64,000 nucleotides of DNA from the human T2T-CHM13v2.0 reference genome, Homo sapiens: assembly GCF_009914755.1 (NCBI RefSeq), contig NC_060938.1; one strand, written 5' to 3'. The number at the start of each line of letters is the position of its first letter. Positions within the stretch are counted from its first letter, which is position 1. A program made the position numbers and the translations under genes. This document shows positions 12,896 through 27,473 of this stretch, piece after piece. Under the pieces are notes generated by a model. The model was not told the DNA's origin. It was given only the letters and a program-made list of their open reading frames with translations, and did no database searches.

Positions 12896-12959
12896 CTGAC
12901 TGTGTTCCTAAGATCTGTGAGAGCTCTTTGTGAACAGGTGCTGTGAAGATGTCAGGCAT

Positions 12960-13465
<506 letters not shown>

Positions 13466-13694
13466 TGTGCAGTACAGAACATTATAGGAGGGCTTTTAAG
13501 CAGAAGTAGCTTGAAATTGTTTACATTCAATATTTTAAAAGATCCTAATCTCCTCAAAAGCAAGAAATAGATTTACCTTTGCATCTCTCTTATTTCTCTC
13601 CTGTCTTCTTGTACCCTTAGCCCAGTTTTCAAATGAAATTTAAGGTGGCAGTGTGCCTTTTGCCCCAGAGGTATAAAAGGTCCCAATTTATGGC

Positions 13695-13834
13695 ATTTAC
13701 CAATTTCTGTTGTGTAAATATTTCCTTCATGGCTCATTTCAAGCTACCATAGGATGCGAACTGTCTGGGAAAATTCTGAAAATGTAACAATCAGCTCTCA
13801 TGAGTCAGCATGAGCTGATGCCAACCCACCACTG
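13695..13834 (-). mobile_element. MER63-like hAT fragment
   Basis: TGTGTAAATA...TTTCAAGCTACC...CACCACTG terminus; similar to the 3901-4046 copy. Confidence 0.65.
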
Positions 13835-14170
13835 ATAAGGTAGGACTCACATACCAAGGGATTTCAGAGTACAGGCATGTAATTTCAATGACTTAGGTAG
13901 ACCAGGTGGAAGGCACTTGAAAGTGATGGGGACCGTGGCAAATTGGAGAGCAAATGCCCATCTAATGACAGTCAAATGTAAATATCTGGGGAAACAATGC
14001 TTGAATGAAAAACTACTTAAAGATTGAATGCAGCCTCCTTAATTCCCAGTTTAGGCGATTGATTAATGATTAATTAATAAAATTAAAATTCTAAAACTGG
14101 GGTATTTTTCCCTATTATATCCTTTTCCCAACTATTTGACTTGCAACTCAGGTGGAGGGGTTTCCTACTA

Positions 14171-14625
<455 letters not shown>

Positions 14626-16299
14626 TCAGATTGTGGGGTGTTCATTTTGGAAGCAAAATAGGTGATGACGGAGTCATTGTCACAAGGGCCTTCAGCTCCA
14701 ACCCTCGTCCTCACTCCCAGTCTGGCTCAGCTGATCTAAGGATGCATTGAAACTTTCCATCCTTGAGTGGTCCGTGGAAACAGAGTATGCCCCTAAACCC
14801 CCCTCCCTCTCAGAGATCTCCCATAGATCTCTGGACGAAAGTTATGAGTAGATCTTTGCAGATTTCATCACATTGTGAAAAACAAGGCAGGTCAATGCTA
14901 ATTGAGTGAATAAGTTCAAATTCTGTTGCTTGTAGCCAAAGGCAGGACACACTGCTTTTATCCTCATGAGAACCCTATGATGATGGTCCTATCGTTTCCA
15001 TTTTACAGATGGTACAATTTTCTCATTCTCAGGCACTTCAAGCCCCACCTTGTGCTGATCCCCACTTCAGTACACCCCTTGCTGGTCTGCAGCAAACCTC
15101 TCGAGGCATCTAAAGTGCAGCTCATTTTTCTCTCGCCCCTTGGCCTGATCCCACCTTCCTGGCTTGGCCTCGGCCTGACCAGCAGCCCCTGGTGTCAGCA
15201 CACTCCCCCTGTACATCTCATGGCTCTGGGCTTCAGCCACCATCATCTTGGCTTTCTTGGCTCATGGCCGAATCATGATGCTGCCCTTTGCCCTGGTGGC
15301 CCAAAGAGATCACTCCTGATGAACATGATTTATCCTGTGAATCATAAAAATTCCCCATTGCCTGACTCTGGCTTGGCAAGGCCTTATAGACATTAAACCT
15401 CATTAATCCTTATTAAAGCCCCAGACGGAGGAGTTATTTATAACCCGTCCTGGATACAAACTCACAGACATGTGGGTCTATGGGTATTTTTCTGCTTCAA
15501 TGGGCAAATTGTGTGTGAGAGCCAGCTTCCAGGTATGTAAACAGCAGGCATTCCAGGCTCCACTAACCACCGCTCATGAAGTTGGGTAAGGGAGGTTTCC
15601 CAACACTGGAAACATCATAAGGATTACACTAGAGTAATGTCAAGAGCCATCTATCTACACTAACTCCCTGTAAACTACTTGAGGCCAGGAACTTCTGTTT
15701 TATGTGTCTCCATAGGCCCTGTGCCCAACACTTAAAAATATCTGAGGCATGAGCTGTCCCAGGGAAGTCAGGTAGATCATCCGAGGCCCGTAGCAGGTGA
15801 CAGTGCAGACCAGAGCCAAGAATTCTGGCCTCCAGGTGGGGGCCTGCCTGGGAGACTGAACCCCACCTGTGATAAAACCAGTGCTTCGTTGGACAGGATG
15901 GAAACCTTCAAGAGGCGTGTGATTCTAAAGAAGATTCGAACCCACTTGAAGGTCCAAATGCTAGATCTGACAGTGCAGTCAAGTACATAAGTTGGAGGGT
16001 GTGGGGGCTGCAAACCCGAGAGAGTAAGAGATTTGCACTTGGCACCTTTATTCATTCAGCAAGCATTGATCTCACTCGTTTTTCACTGTGGAATGAGATT
16101 TGCAAAGGCCTTCTCACAGGTTTTGTCCAGGAACCTATGGGAAGTCCCTGCAAAGTAGAAGGGTTTAGGGGCATCACTTCTTCCATGGCTCTCCCAAGGA
16201 TGGAAATTTTCACTGGATCTTTAGATTGTCTGATCCAGACACTGGGTAATTGGCGGGGGGCTCAGGGGTCATACAGCCAATTCTATTGTCAACTCCCCT

Positions 16300-16995
16300 G
16301 CCTCCAGTATGTCCCCTGAATCTGACCACCTCTCTCTGTTGCCCCTAACCTGATCCAAGTCACCACCCCCTCTCACCTAAATGACTTCATCGGCCACCTC
16401 ATTGGTCCACTTGCTTTCATTCTTACCTTTTGCCATCCTTCCCTTGCAGAGTAGCCACAGAGACCTTTGGAAACAAGTCCAAATGTCTCTCTCCCCTACT
16501 TAATATCCTCTAATAGCTTCCCACCTCCCCTTAGCTAAACTCCAAACCTCTTCCCATGGCCTAGGAGACCAGCTATAGCCTCCTTCTGTCACCTCTCCTC
16601 ACTCTCTACACTCCAGCCACACTGCCCTTGTTTCCCACCCTTGAAACTCACTTTGTTGCCCTCTGCCCAGATAATTTTTCCTGCAGATCTCCCTCTGCAG
16701 ACCTCCAGGTGCCTCTGGCTGGCACCTTCTTGTCATTCAGGTCTCAGGGCAAACACCACTCCCACCAACTTCTAACCCTCCATTGCTAGAACCGAATGTT
16801 ACTGGATTTTATCGGTTAACATATCTGTTCTATTCTGAGCAAGGATGGAGCAATGTAACAGTTTGGTTATATTGTTTTGTACTGTGAGGTTCATGGGAGA
16901 AGGATCCTTATCTGGTCAAGTCACCTCTGTGTCCCACACTTAGAACAGTGTTGCTTCACCCATAGTTATTCAATAAATAGCTGTTGAAAGATTGA
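16300..16995 (+). mobile_element. L2 LINE 3' region
   Basis: GAATCTGACCACCTCTC...ACTCCAGCCACACTG...TCAATAAATAGCTGTTGAA end. Confidence 0.75.
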
Positions 16996-17479
16996 ATTTT
17001 CCTGAGATTCAGTCGTATCACAGGTCAAAATGTATTTTCTGAATTTCATGCAGTAAAAACCGTCACAGAGCCTATAACATTGATGATGATGATGATGATG
17101 TTGATACATGTAGTGGGGATAACATGCTCACTAAACATTCTACCTGCCTCTTACATTTCCCGGGTGCTCAGTAGACTAGTTCTGCATGGTGAGACATGTT
17201 GGAAGCCAGGTTTGTCACTTCTGGGTGGTGGCAATGAGAAGCCTGGGTAGGTTTCTCTGGGCTCTCTTCCCCTTCTGCTGTATGGGTAGGTCTCTTGGTA
17301 TAGCTACGAAGTGGTGGTTCCTTGAGGCCATGTGAAGCACAGCTCTCTTCTACCCCTCACCCTATTGACCCATGGTGGGGGCATAGCTTGACTGAGAAAT
17401 TCAGTTCATTGAGTAAAGCCACTGGGAGTTGGGGGTCCACACGTCACTGCATCATACTTAGCCTATCCTGACTAATGCA

Positions 17480-17710
17480 ACAGCTAACACCTTGTGAGTT
17501 CTTACTGCATGCCAGGACCTTTGCATATATTATCTCATTTACTCTTTGTAGTACCCTATAATGTAAATAAGATTGTTATTCTCATCTTGCAGATAAAGAA
17601 ACTGAGAGGCAGAAAGGTTGAACAATGTGCCCAAAGTCACCCAGTTAGAAAGTGGGAATTGACTTGAATCCAGGCAGTGTAACTGCAGAGCCCACGCTTT
17701 TAATCACATA
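17480..17710 (-). mobile_element. MIR SINE
   Basis: ATGCCAGG..TATTATCTCATTT..GCAGATAAAGAAACTGAG..TGCCCAAAGTCACCCAG..CAGAGCCCACGCT. Confidence 0.85.
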
Positions 17711-19359
17711 TTTTAAGGAACATTCTACTTTATGGATTAAAGTTTTTCATGATAAAGATAAACATAAAATCCTTTGCCATTAAGAAGTCTCTCCCTCATG
17801 TTTATCTTAAGAATATCTTTGGGTTAAAAGCAATTTTAAGAGATGCTGTTCCTGACTTGTTTCTCTTTGTCTTCTAATAAGCTCTAATTGAATGATGTTG
17901 CAAGCAGGTCTGCTCTCTGGAGCCAGTCTGCTGTCATGCCAACTAATTTAGAAATGTATGGATCTTACTGTTTCAAACCTGAGGCCATATTGATTCTGGA
18001 ATATGCCCCACTAATTGCTGACAGCCTGATGCTAAGAAAAAAATAGAAGAAAAAAGCTTTCATGTCAATATTTGTTACTAACCTTGATAAATAAACATTA
18101 TAAGTGATGGTGACTTTTTCCTCTTCTAAAGCTTTAATTACTGGCTTGCACACACTGCCATCATTTTGTTCTTGTTGGTGTTTAATAGTCTGTAATCCAT
18201 TTTAATTACATTTTTTGCTTATCAAGATCAGACTCCAGAGCGAGGATAGAACAAAATTTAACTTCTGCCTTTTCCCCCCGTCTCTATCCAGTACCTTAAA
18301 AATATTCTGGGATTTAAAAACATCTTAAAGATAAAAATTTATCTTTAAGCTTAAAGCAAACAAGCAAACCATTAAAAGGAAGTTTCTTGCTACTTTTGCC
18401 AATTTATCAGTCCATTGACAAAAGCAACTGGACACACCTGCTTCCTCTATTAACCTTAGAATCTGAAGCTTGCAGAGAATTTTGAGAGAGTAGGGGTGGC
18501 ATGGGGAGGAGAGGACTTCTAGGGTGAGGAAAATGTTCTCTTTCTTGACCTGGGGTGGTGAGTACAGAGTGCTTTGTTTTGTAATAATTCCTTGATCTTG
18601 TGCATTTATGTTGTGTGCACCTTTCCACATATGTGATACATGTCTATAAAAATGTTACTTAAAGCACTGAACGTGGCTAGGTTTCCAGGGTTTTTCAGTG
18701 GTTTTGTTAAGGGTAGTCATTTGAAGGTAGCCAAGCTCTTTTTTTGTTGCCACTTCTGATGAATATACTATTTTCATTTTTTATATCTGTATTTACAAGA
18801 GTAAGAATTATAAGGAAAAATGACTGTCATGCAGAAAAACACTACCAAAAACGAAAAAATACTCTTTCGCTTACCTAACAGTCCCAGGTGGAAGCTCCTG
18901 GTCAGTGAGAGCCCTTCCACACAGTGATTCAGGGATCAAGCCTCAGATTGCAAGGCAGAATTGACAGCCTCAGCCTACTCAAAGGGAGATCTAGAGTAAA
19001 GATTATCTACTGGAGGAGTCCTGCACTGGGCAGAGATGGCCGGCTCCACTATCCCGCCATGCTCGGTCATTGCCTGAGGGGTGCCCTAGAAGAGGGCTTC
19101 AGCTCTAAAGCTACTTGTAGTCCTTGAAGCTGAATGGCAGTTATTTCTTGAAAGGTGATATGAGTGGTACACCTTCATGACTGTCACAAATGCTCTATAA
19201 TGGAAGGGGAAGCACCTTTTTTTTTGGTGATCAGGAAGCCTCTTTGCCATAGTGGTAGCGGGCAGATTTGAACTTGACTCCAGAACCATGCTGGCGTGAC
19301 TTCCCCCAGGTGCTGACCTGCCTTTCACTGCCCTTGAAATGTCCCATTGCCTCATTGTC

Positions 19360-19905
19360 TGTGGCCCATTAGGGGACTTTTTAATTTTACTCCCCAGCAT
19401 TTATTCCTTTTTTTTTTAATGAAAGCCTCCATTTTTGTATGGAAAGCCCACCCCCACCCCACCCCAATTCTTAGTCCATGTGGTTTGGTTGGCCACCTTA
19501 TCTCCACTGATCCAGCTCTATGGTTATTCCTATCCCTTAGCCAGAAGGAAGCTTTCCGTGTTGGGCACATGACCTAACCAGGGACAGGGACTTCTGCTAA
19601 GCATGCTCATCTACAAGAGGGTGACTCAGAGAGGATGCAGGCTGGAGTTGTGCAGCCATCTTGTCACTATGGTGGGGGAGCTTGGAGCAGCTGGGACCAC
19701 TGTGGGAAGCATGAGGGTGAAGCCAACATGGTGGAAAGCAGATCTAAATCTGGAGAGAAACCGGGTCTTACGGAGTATGTCTGAGCCTGAAATCTCTGTG
19801 TCTGAACCCAGACGTGGATTCCTCCACGTCTTAGTAAAAAGTCTCCTTTTTACTCAAGCCACTTTGAATTGGTTTCAGTCCCTTTCACCTGAAAGTGTCC
19901 TAATA
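19360..19905 (+). mobile_element. MLT1K-like LTR
   Basis: CCCAGCATTTATTCC..CTTAGTCCATGTGGTT..GGGCACATGACC..GCAGCCATCTTG..GAAAGTGTCCTAATA. Confidence 0.6.
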
Positions 19906-20279
19906 AAGTCCAACCATCAGACCTGAAACACACCCAGTTTAGAAATATTTATTTTCATTGTAGTTACTAAAGTCCCTGGAGCCAACCATCAGATCAGTCC
20001 CAGATGGTTAATTAGCATCAGCTAAGTGCTTTCAAAACAAAAAACGGTACTTTAATTAAATCCATGCAGGTTCCTCCACCCTACACTGCCCCCCACCCCC
20101 AATACCCCAATACACGCACACTTGGTATTTCAGAACTTCTGCCTACATTTTAACTGAGGTCTCCCTTGGAAAAAACAGCAAATAACAGAAATGTTTTTAA
20201 CTCAGTTTCCCAAATGGACTCTGACTCCTTGAGGGCAGGAGTTTAGGGCATCTCATATTCCCAGAGCCTAGCACAGAGC

Positions 20280-20460
20280 CAGGCAGGAAGCGGTGGTTCA
20301 ACCCATCTTAGACTCGACAATGCCCAGCTGGTGTCCTCAGCCTTGAGGTTGAGTGGCAGACACCTTCCCACGCCCTGTCTGGCTGTGTGCATGACTCAGC
20401 AGTTCCTGTAGGGAGAAGGTCATCCAGGGCCTCCCTGGAAATGAGTAAGCAGTATGATTG
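20280..20460. promoter_or_regulatory. Candidate enhancer with paired ARE/MARE (CNC-sMAF/AP-1) sites
   Basis: ATGACTCAGCA 20391-20401, ATGAGTAAGCA 20441-20451, CAGGAAGCGGTGGTT (ETS/RUNX-like) at ~20284. Confidence 0.4.
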
Positions 20461-20819
20461 GGTAATCTAAGGCTGCCTGGTGAGGACCACCAGCCTCCTC
20501 AGCCATATGCCACTCTCCTCCACTTCCTGCCCCCTCCTTTTTCTAGCTCCTTCCCCCTCCTACTCCTTCATTTCTTTTCTTTCTCCTTTCCAAGTCCCCC
20601 CACCCTTACCCACAAACATGGGGGTTCTCCCATAAGCCTTGCGTGCCCTGGTAATTGTCCTCAGGGCTGTGCTTGAACTAGTCTTGCCCTGCAAATCAAG
20701 ACATGTGACACAGTGATTCCAAAGGGGGTATGACCTGTATGAAGACAGATTTCACAAGGAAGGACTCTTCACTCTGGAAAACAAAAACTAAAAAGCAGCA
20801 TGTGTAAAAGTATGATGGG

Positions 20820-21151
20820 TTATTAGCTATCTGTTTCTGTGAAACAAATTACCCTAACACTTAATGGTTTAAAACAACTATTATATTTATTGTTGTCCCT
20901 CATTTGGGGGCATCAGGAATTTGAAGGGGGCACAATGGAACAGCATGTCCCTAATTCATGATGTTTGGGGCCTTGGCTGGAAAATGCCAAAGCTGGTGGC
21001 TGGAATCATCATTGTTTACTTACATGACTGGAGGTTGAGGCTGACTGTTGGCAGAAACCTTAGCTGCGGCAATTGGCTGGAGTGCCTACATATGGTTTCT
21101 CCAAGTGGACTTGGCTTACTCACAACATAGCGGATGGGCTGCAAAGGTAAG

Positions 21152-21193
<42 letters not shown>

Positions 21194-21200
21194 GAGAGCG
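20820..21200 (-). mobile_element. MLT1F/H-like LTR fragment ending in (GA)n
   Basis: TATTAGCTATCT..AACAAATTACCCTAACACTTAATGGTTTAAAACAAC..CTTACTCACAACAT; (GA)n at ~21155-21190. Confidence 0.65.
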
Positions 21201-21329
21201 TCCTAGGCACCTCCCTTGTGTTATCCCAGTCCCAGCTCTGCAGCCTCACCAGACATTTGCTACAAACCCATTGACAGAATTCCCAGGTCCCCTAAAAAGC
21301 AGGACAAATCTGAAGGAGGTTCAGTGCAG

Positions 21330-21535
21330 GGATAATGGGGCATCCCTTCCCTTGGAGCCATAGAACCTGGCTTGGAATCCAGGTTCTCTTTTTCAGCTCT
21401 GTGACTCTGGAAAATTTCATTTCATTTCATTTCTCTTGGTCCCAGTTTCCTCATCTGCAAAATGGGTGCTAATCAAAATACTTATCTTGTGGTGAGCATT
21501 AAAGGAGTTATGGCTATAAAACACTTTGGAATTGA
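21330..21535 (+). mobile_element. MIR SINE
   Basis: CTGTGACTCTGG..CAGTTTCCTCATCTGCAAAATGGG. Confidence 0.8.
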
Positions 21536-22240
21536 CAAAGAACTACATAAAAGCAGGCTATTGTGATTCAGTTTAAATAATAAGACAAATAATGAATTAT
21601 ACAATTAAGTGGTCAGAAAAATTATTAAAGTGTGATTGTCCCCAGATTTACTCTGTTCTACCTGCTGATTAAACCCTGTATTTGCTCACTCTCTTTGTAA
21701 ATAAAAAGTATTATTTCATGTTAGAAGAGAGCTCATACTAATTCCATACTAAGGAATGGAAAGAGATGGTGGGGAAAGATAGAAAACACATCTGGGAGTA
21801 CTGGGGGCATGGAGAGAGAAGTTTACTAAGTATTGTAATAGATTATAATTAGACTCAAACTTTGCTGTCTCTAAGAGATACAAATATAACATTTTAGTTA
21901 CATTTTTATTATTTTTGTATATTGGTCTCTAAATGTAACACTCTTCTTAGACTGGACCACATGGATCTCCAAATGTATAGAGAAAAATGCTACTACTACT
22001 ACTACCAATAATAATAATAATAATGATAATAATGGCAAGAGTGATTGGTAAATTCTGCCTGACAGCTTAAGATACTGAAGGTCGAATCTACTATGAGATA
22101 AGATCAATTACCCAGAACTAAGTGGCAGTTTTGCAAGGTGAAATGTTAGAACCAATGGCCATGCAGAAATGTGGAGAAATCTTCAGTCCCTCTGTCCATG
22201 CAGGACTTTCCGCTGTCAATGACAGCTCCCAAGAAGATGG

Positions 22241-22599
22241 CGTATTAGTCCATTTTCATGCTGCTGATAGACATACCTAAGATTGGGAAGAAAAGGAGGT
22301 TTAATTGGACTTACAGTTCCACATGGCTGGGGAGCCTTCAGAATCATGGCGGGAGGTGAAAGCCTCTTCTTATATGGTGGTGGCAAGTGAAGAGAGGAGG
22401 ATGCAAAAGCAGAAATCCCTGGTAAAACCATCAGATCTTGTCAGACTTATTCACGAGACTTTACCATGCGAACAGTATGGGGGAAACCGCCCCCGTGATT
22501 CAAATTTTCTCCCACTAGGTCCCTCTCACAACACGTAGGAATTATGGGAGTACAATTCAAGATGAGATTTGGGTGGGGACGCAGAGCCAAACCATATCG
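22241..22599 (-). mobile_element. THE1 (C/D-like) solo LTR
   Basis: Full LTR; exact 5-bp TSD GATGG at 22236-22240 and 22600-22604. Confidence 0.93.
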
Positions 22600-23214
22600 G
22601 ATGGTGAAACAAAGTTTACATTTCTTTCATAATCAGCTTTATGACAGTGATGGGAAATTTTGAAAGGAAAAAAAATCTCACAACTTTACTGACCTGTCTT
22701 AATGTTCGAGCTATAATTCAGCTCAACATGGTATTTTTAATCTATTAGTGTCACCGTGCAAAATTTGGATACATTTTCTCATAGCTGGACTGAGGGACAA
22801 GGTCTGAATGTCTTCAGACCAAAGGACGATGTTTGGGAGGAAAAAAGAGAGATGTCTGAATGTTCCTCCAGCCTCTCCTTAGATGCAATCCCAACTCTGC
22901 AGGATTTGTGCCATTGTTCCCCATGTACTCAAAAGGAGCACAGCCCAGCCTTGCCCAGCCTTGCTTGAGTATGGAAAGTGAGTTACAAAAGCTTGGCCCC
23001 CAGAAAGGAAAATAGCTTATTCCCCAAGACTGAATTTTAATTGCCCTGTCTGGGCTGCTAGACATCAGATCATACCTTAAGATGCAACAGTACTTTTGAT
23101 TAAATATCTTTATCACTTGGTGAATTCTTTGGTTCTTTGTCGTCAATATCATAATTAGACCCCAATTTTTTCATCGTTTCAAAACTAGGAGGTACTCAGA
23201 CTAACATTGGAGAC

Positions 23215-23900
23215 ATTCTGAATTTACATTCTTTTATCTAAATTTGTGCCCCTTTCTGGGGTCTCCCTTCTGATCAATGATACTATGTAAAAACCATAGT
23301 ACCTACTCTTCCCTCCATTCAGTCTTCTGTGAAGTCCACGATTCTGCCTGTGAAATAGTACCCAGATCCATCCCTACCTTTCTATCCTCACAGTTCTAGT
23401 GCAGGCTCCTGCTCCTCTCACTGGGACTCCCACAGAGGCCTCCTAAATGGCCTGCTGATCTCCAAGGCCACAGGCACAGGCACATCCCACCGCAGCTCAG
23501 AGGCTATGCTGGCTTCACACTCCCCATCTAAACCTCCCCTCAACCCTTGCTCATGGCATCAGGCCCTCCCATCTCTGGTCTAATCTCTTTTCCTTGCCCT
23601 TGTACTCTCTCTAACCATACCCCACTCAGTGTCTTACACATGCACATAAATTCCCACCTTATTACCTTTGATTTCACTTTTTCTTTTACCTTTCCATTCC
23701 CACACACCTTTATTCTCTCCCTTAACAAATGCAAATTAATACTTCAATGTCTAGCTTTAAAAGCATCTGCTCCATAAAACCCTTCTCTATCATTCTGGCT
23801 AGAATTAATCCCTCCTTGCCCTATAAGTCCAAAATCCCATCTCTGGAATCCTCTATAGCATTTACAATTAGTAGCTTATATCTGGATAGAACTTTGTAGC
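23215..23900 (+). mobile_element. L2 LINE fragment
   Basis: CCAGATCCATCCC..GGCCTCCTAAATGG..CTCCATAAAACCCTTCTCT. Confidence 0.55.
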
Positions 23901-24012
23901 TTATGACCTATTTCCCAATAACTTATCTCATTTGTTTGTAATGTAGTGAGGCACATGTTTTACAAATGAGGAAACTGGGCTGGGTGAGAAGCAGTGGGAG
24001 GGGCTGTTTAAC

Positions 24013-24462
24013 ATTATGGCAGAGACAGCTCTTGATGCATTTTCCTCCTCTATGATGATAGAAGCTTTTAGCTGGGAACATGACTACCCAGCAAAAGACT
24101 CATTTCCCAGACTCCTTTGCAGTCAGGTGACTAAGTTCTAACCAGTGGGAGGTGGTGGGTGCAATTTCTGAGCCCAGCCCTTAAGGGGTGGGCCTGGCCC
24201 TTATTCCCTTCTCTGCTGACTGGAGTGTAGACATGAGGAACCAGAGCACTTGTTTGGGTCACAAGATGGAAAATGCATTTAAGGATGGAAGAGCAGCAAG
24301 TTAGAAGGAGCCTGGGTCTCTGATGATTGTGGAGCCACTAAACCACCCACAGACTGCCTCCCTGGACTTCAAAGTGAGAGAAGAAAAAAACTATATTGTT
24401 TAAGCTGTTACTATGGTGGCTCTCTTTGTTATAGCAGCTAAATTTACATCTTAACTAATACA
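24013..24462 (+). mobile_element. MLT1J-like LTR
   Basis: GACTACATTTCCCAGACTCCTTTGCAG..GTGACTAAGTTCT..GAAGGAGCCTGGGTC..TAACTAATACA. Confidence 0.7.
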
Positions 24463-24639
24463 AATAACTTGCCCAAGGTTATAGGGCAGTTAATGGTAGA
24501 GCAAGCATAACTCTAGAGTCCAAGCTCTTTCCAATAGATGCCATTGCAGTTTTATTACCATAATTTGGCTCCTGGATACACACCTTTTCTTTCTCTTTAC
24601 CTTTTCTTCCCTCTCTCCTTGCTTCATTGTAAATACCTT

Positions 24640-25420
24640 GATCACTTATTAAGAGACTATTTACTGAATGCCTACAGTGTATCAGGCACTGTTTTAGGAG
24701 CTGGGAATACCACAGTAAATACGTATGTTTGTCTATTTTCATACTGCTATGAAGAAATACCTGAGACTGGGTAATTTATAAAGAAAAAGAGGTTTAATGG
24801 TCTCAGTTCCACATGGCTGGGGAGGCCTCACAATCATGGTGGAAGGTGAAGGAGGAGCAAAGTCACATCTTACATGGTGGCAGGAAGAGAGCATGTGCAG
24901 GGGAACTGCCCTTTATAAAACCATCAGATCTCAAGAGACTTATTCACTATCGGGAGAAGAGTGCTAGAAAGACCCACCCCCCTGTTTGATTACCTCCCAC
25001 CAGATCCCTCCCAGAACATGTGGGGATTATGGGAGCTATAATTCAAGATGAGATTTGGATGGGGACACAGTCAAACCATACCAATAAGGCAGATAATATC
25101 CTATCTTTGTGGAGCTTACATTTTAGTGGAGGAGAAAGACTACAAACAAGCAAATAAATAAGTATATAACATATCAAGTGGTGGTAAGTCCTGGGAAGAT
25201 AAGCTGGGATGATGTGCTGGTGAATGAATTGGGCAAGGGTTGGTGACTTCAGGTAGAGTGATCAGAGAAAACTTCTCAAAGAAGGTGATATTTGAGCTGA
25301 GAACTGAATGGTAAGAAGGCCATCCTGTGATTATCTTGATTAAAATCATTCCAGGCAGAGGGAACAGTAAGAACAAAGGTACTGAGGCAGGAATAAAAGT
25401 GGCTTCTTGGGGGAATAGTG
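24640..25420 (-). mobile_element. L2 LINE 3' end interrupted by a THE1 LTR
   Basis: TATTTACTGAATGCCTAC..CAGGCACTGTTTTAGG..GGAGCTTACATTTTAG..AGAAGGTGATATTTGAGCTGAG..ATTCCAGGCAGAGGGAACAG. Confidence 0.8.
24724..25083 (-). mobile_element. THE1 (B/D-like) solo LTR
   Basis: GAGACTGGGTAATTTATAAAG..GAGGCCTCACAATCATGG..GATGAGATTTGG..CAAACCATACCA; imperfect TSD ATACG/ATAAG. Confidence 0.9.
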
Positions 25421-25462
25421 AAAAGACAAAGACCTTAAAAAAAAAAAAAAAAACCCTTACTT

Positions 25463-25994
<532 letters not shown>

Positions 25995-26104
25995 TTACCA
26001 AGATAAAAGTTTCTTGTTTTTTCACTTGAAAATCCTTCAACATGCAACGAGTCATGGGAACCCATTCTATTCCATTCTTAGGCCTTTGAGTTCTAGCTCA
26101 GCAT

Positions 26105-26690
26105 GAGTATCAGTCAGGTATTTCTACAAATATGCTAGGTAACAAACCACCCCAAAATGCAGTGGCTTACTATAGGTTTATTTTCTTGCTTTACATTTCT
26201 GCAGGTCAGCTTTGGCTCTGCTGGGCTGGCCATAGATTGTCTGAGCCTGGATCCAGACTGGTTTCAAGTCTGCTACTGTTTAGTCAAACCTACTAAGATC
26301 CCAAGAGAAGAGTGACTTTGGTGAGATCAGCTAGTTGATATGAAAACCCCAGATGAAACCAGGTCTCTTCATGCCTAAATGAGCCTTCAAACTAAGAGCA
26401 AACCAGCAAAGCAAACACTGAGACAGGGGGTCACATGAATTCCTCATTGTCTTTGGATAAGTGGTTAACCAAGGCGTGTTTCTCATGACAGATAGCAGAT
26501 ACTAAAAAAGGTGAGCACATTTAACCTCTGCTCATGTCGCATCTGCTAACATTCCACTGGTCAAGGCAAGTCACTCGGCCAAGTCCAATGCCAATGAGGC
26601 AGGGAGGCAGGGAGGGAAGCATACTTCACTCTCAGCAGAAAGGAGAGAAGAATGATATTTACTGACCAGTCACCAGTCTATCCCAGCATA
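26105..26690 (-). mobile_element. MLT1 LTR (H/I-like) with an unassigned internal insert (~26276-26470)
   Basis: GTAACAAACCACCCCAAAATGCAGTGGCTTA..CTGCTAACATTCCACTGGTCAAGGCAAGTCAC. Confidence 0.55.
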
Positions 26691-27454
26691 TAGACAATTC
26701 TGACTTTGCTCAGATTTAGAAACTTTATCTGTAGCCAGAGATTTCCTCAATAATGTGTCCTTGATGGAAACTTTCTCCAATCTTTAGATTTACAAAGACT
26801 TCACTTTGGGGACTGTCCTCATCTCTGAGCTGTAAGATGCCATGCAGTGACTTTATTCTCCTTGGATGAGGGGAACTTTCTTGCCACATCATTTGCATCC
26901 CACTTCCAGCTGGGAGCCTGGAACCCAAAGCTCAGAAGTCTCTTTCAGGGCCATATAAGCTAATCAAGGCCTTGAAGGTAAGCAAGGCCATCAAGATTTG
27001 GGGAGCAACTCCTCTAACCAGATGCTGAGGGGACCTCAGAGGAACACAGAGCATAACCTTCTGGAATAAATTGTAAGGACCAGCCCCTGTCAAGTATCCT
27101 CTGCATCTTTAAGGTTATGGAGATAAATGTGTTTTGTTACAGAAAAGTAAATGAGTGAACCATCGTAATGGCAAATTGCAGCTCCAGTTGGAATGGAGAT
27201 GTAGGGAAGATGCTTCCATAAATATCAGGAGGTGAATTCGTGTGACCCTCTTTCTCAGTGTTTGCTTTACCAGCCTGCTGTCAGTTTGAAGGCTCATTTG
27301 GGAGTGAGGAGACCTGGTTCTGTCTTGGGCTTTCATATCAGCTAGCCATGTGAACCCACTGAAGTCACATCTCTTTTTTTGGGCCTTAGTGGGTCTGACT
27401 GTAGCAGTTGTTCTCTGAATCTCAGGCAGGTCCCAGCAACAAGGGAATCTGCAA

Positions 27455-27473
27455 GTGCCGCTAGAGGGAGAGT
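27455..27473 (+). promoter_or_regulatory. CTCF-like core motif
   Basis: GCCGCTAGAGGGAG against the consensus CCRSYAGRKGGCR, one mismatch. Confidence 0.4.
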
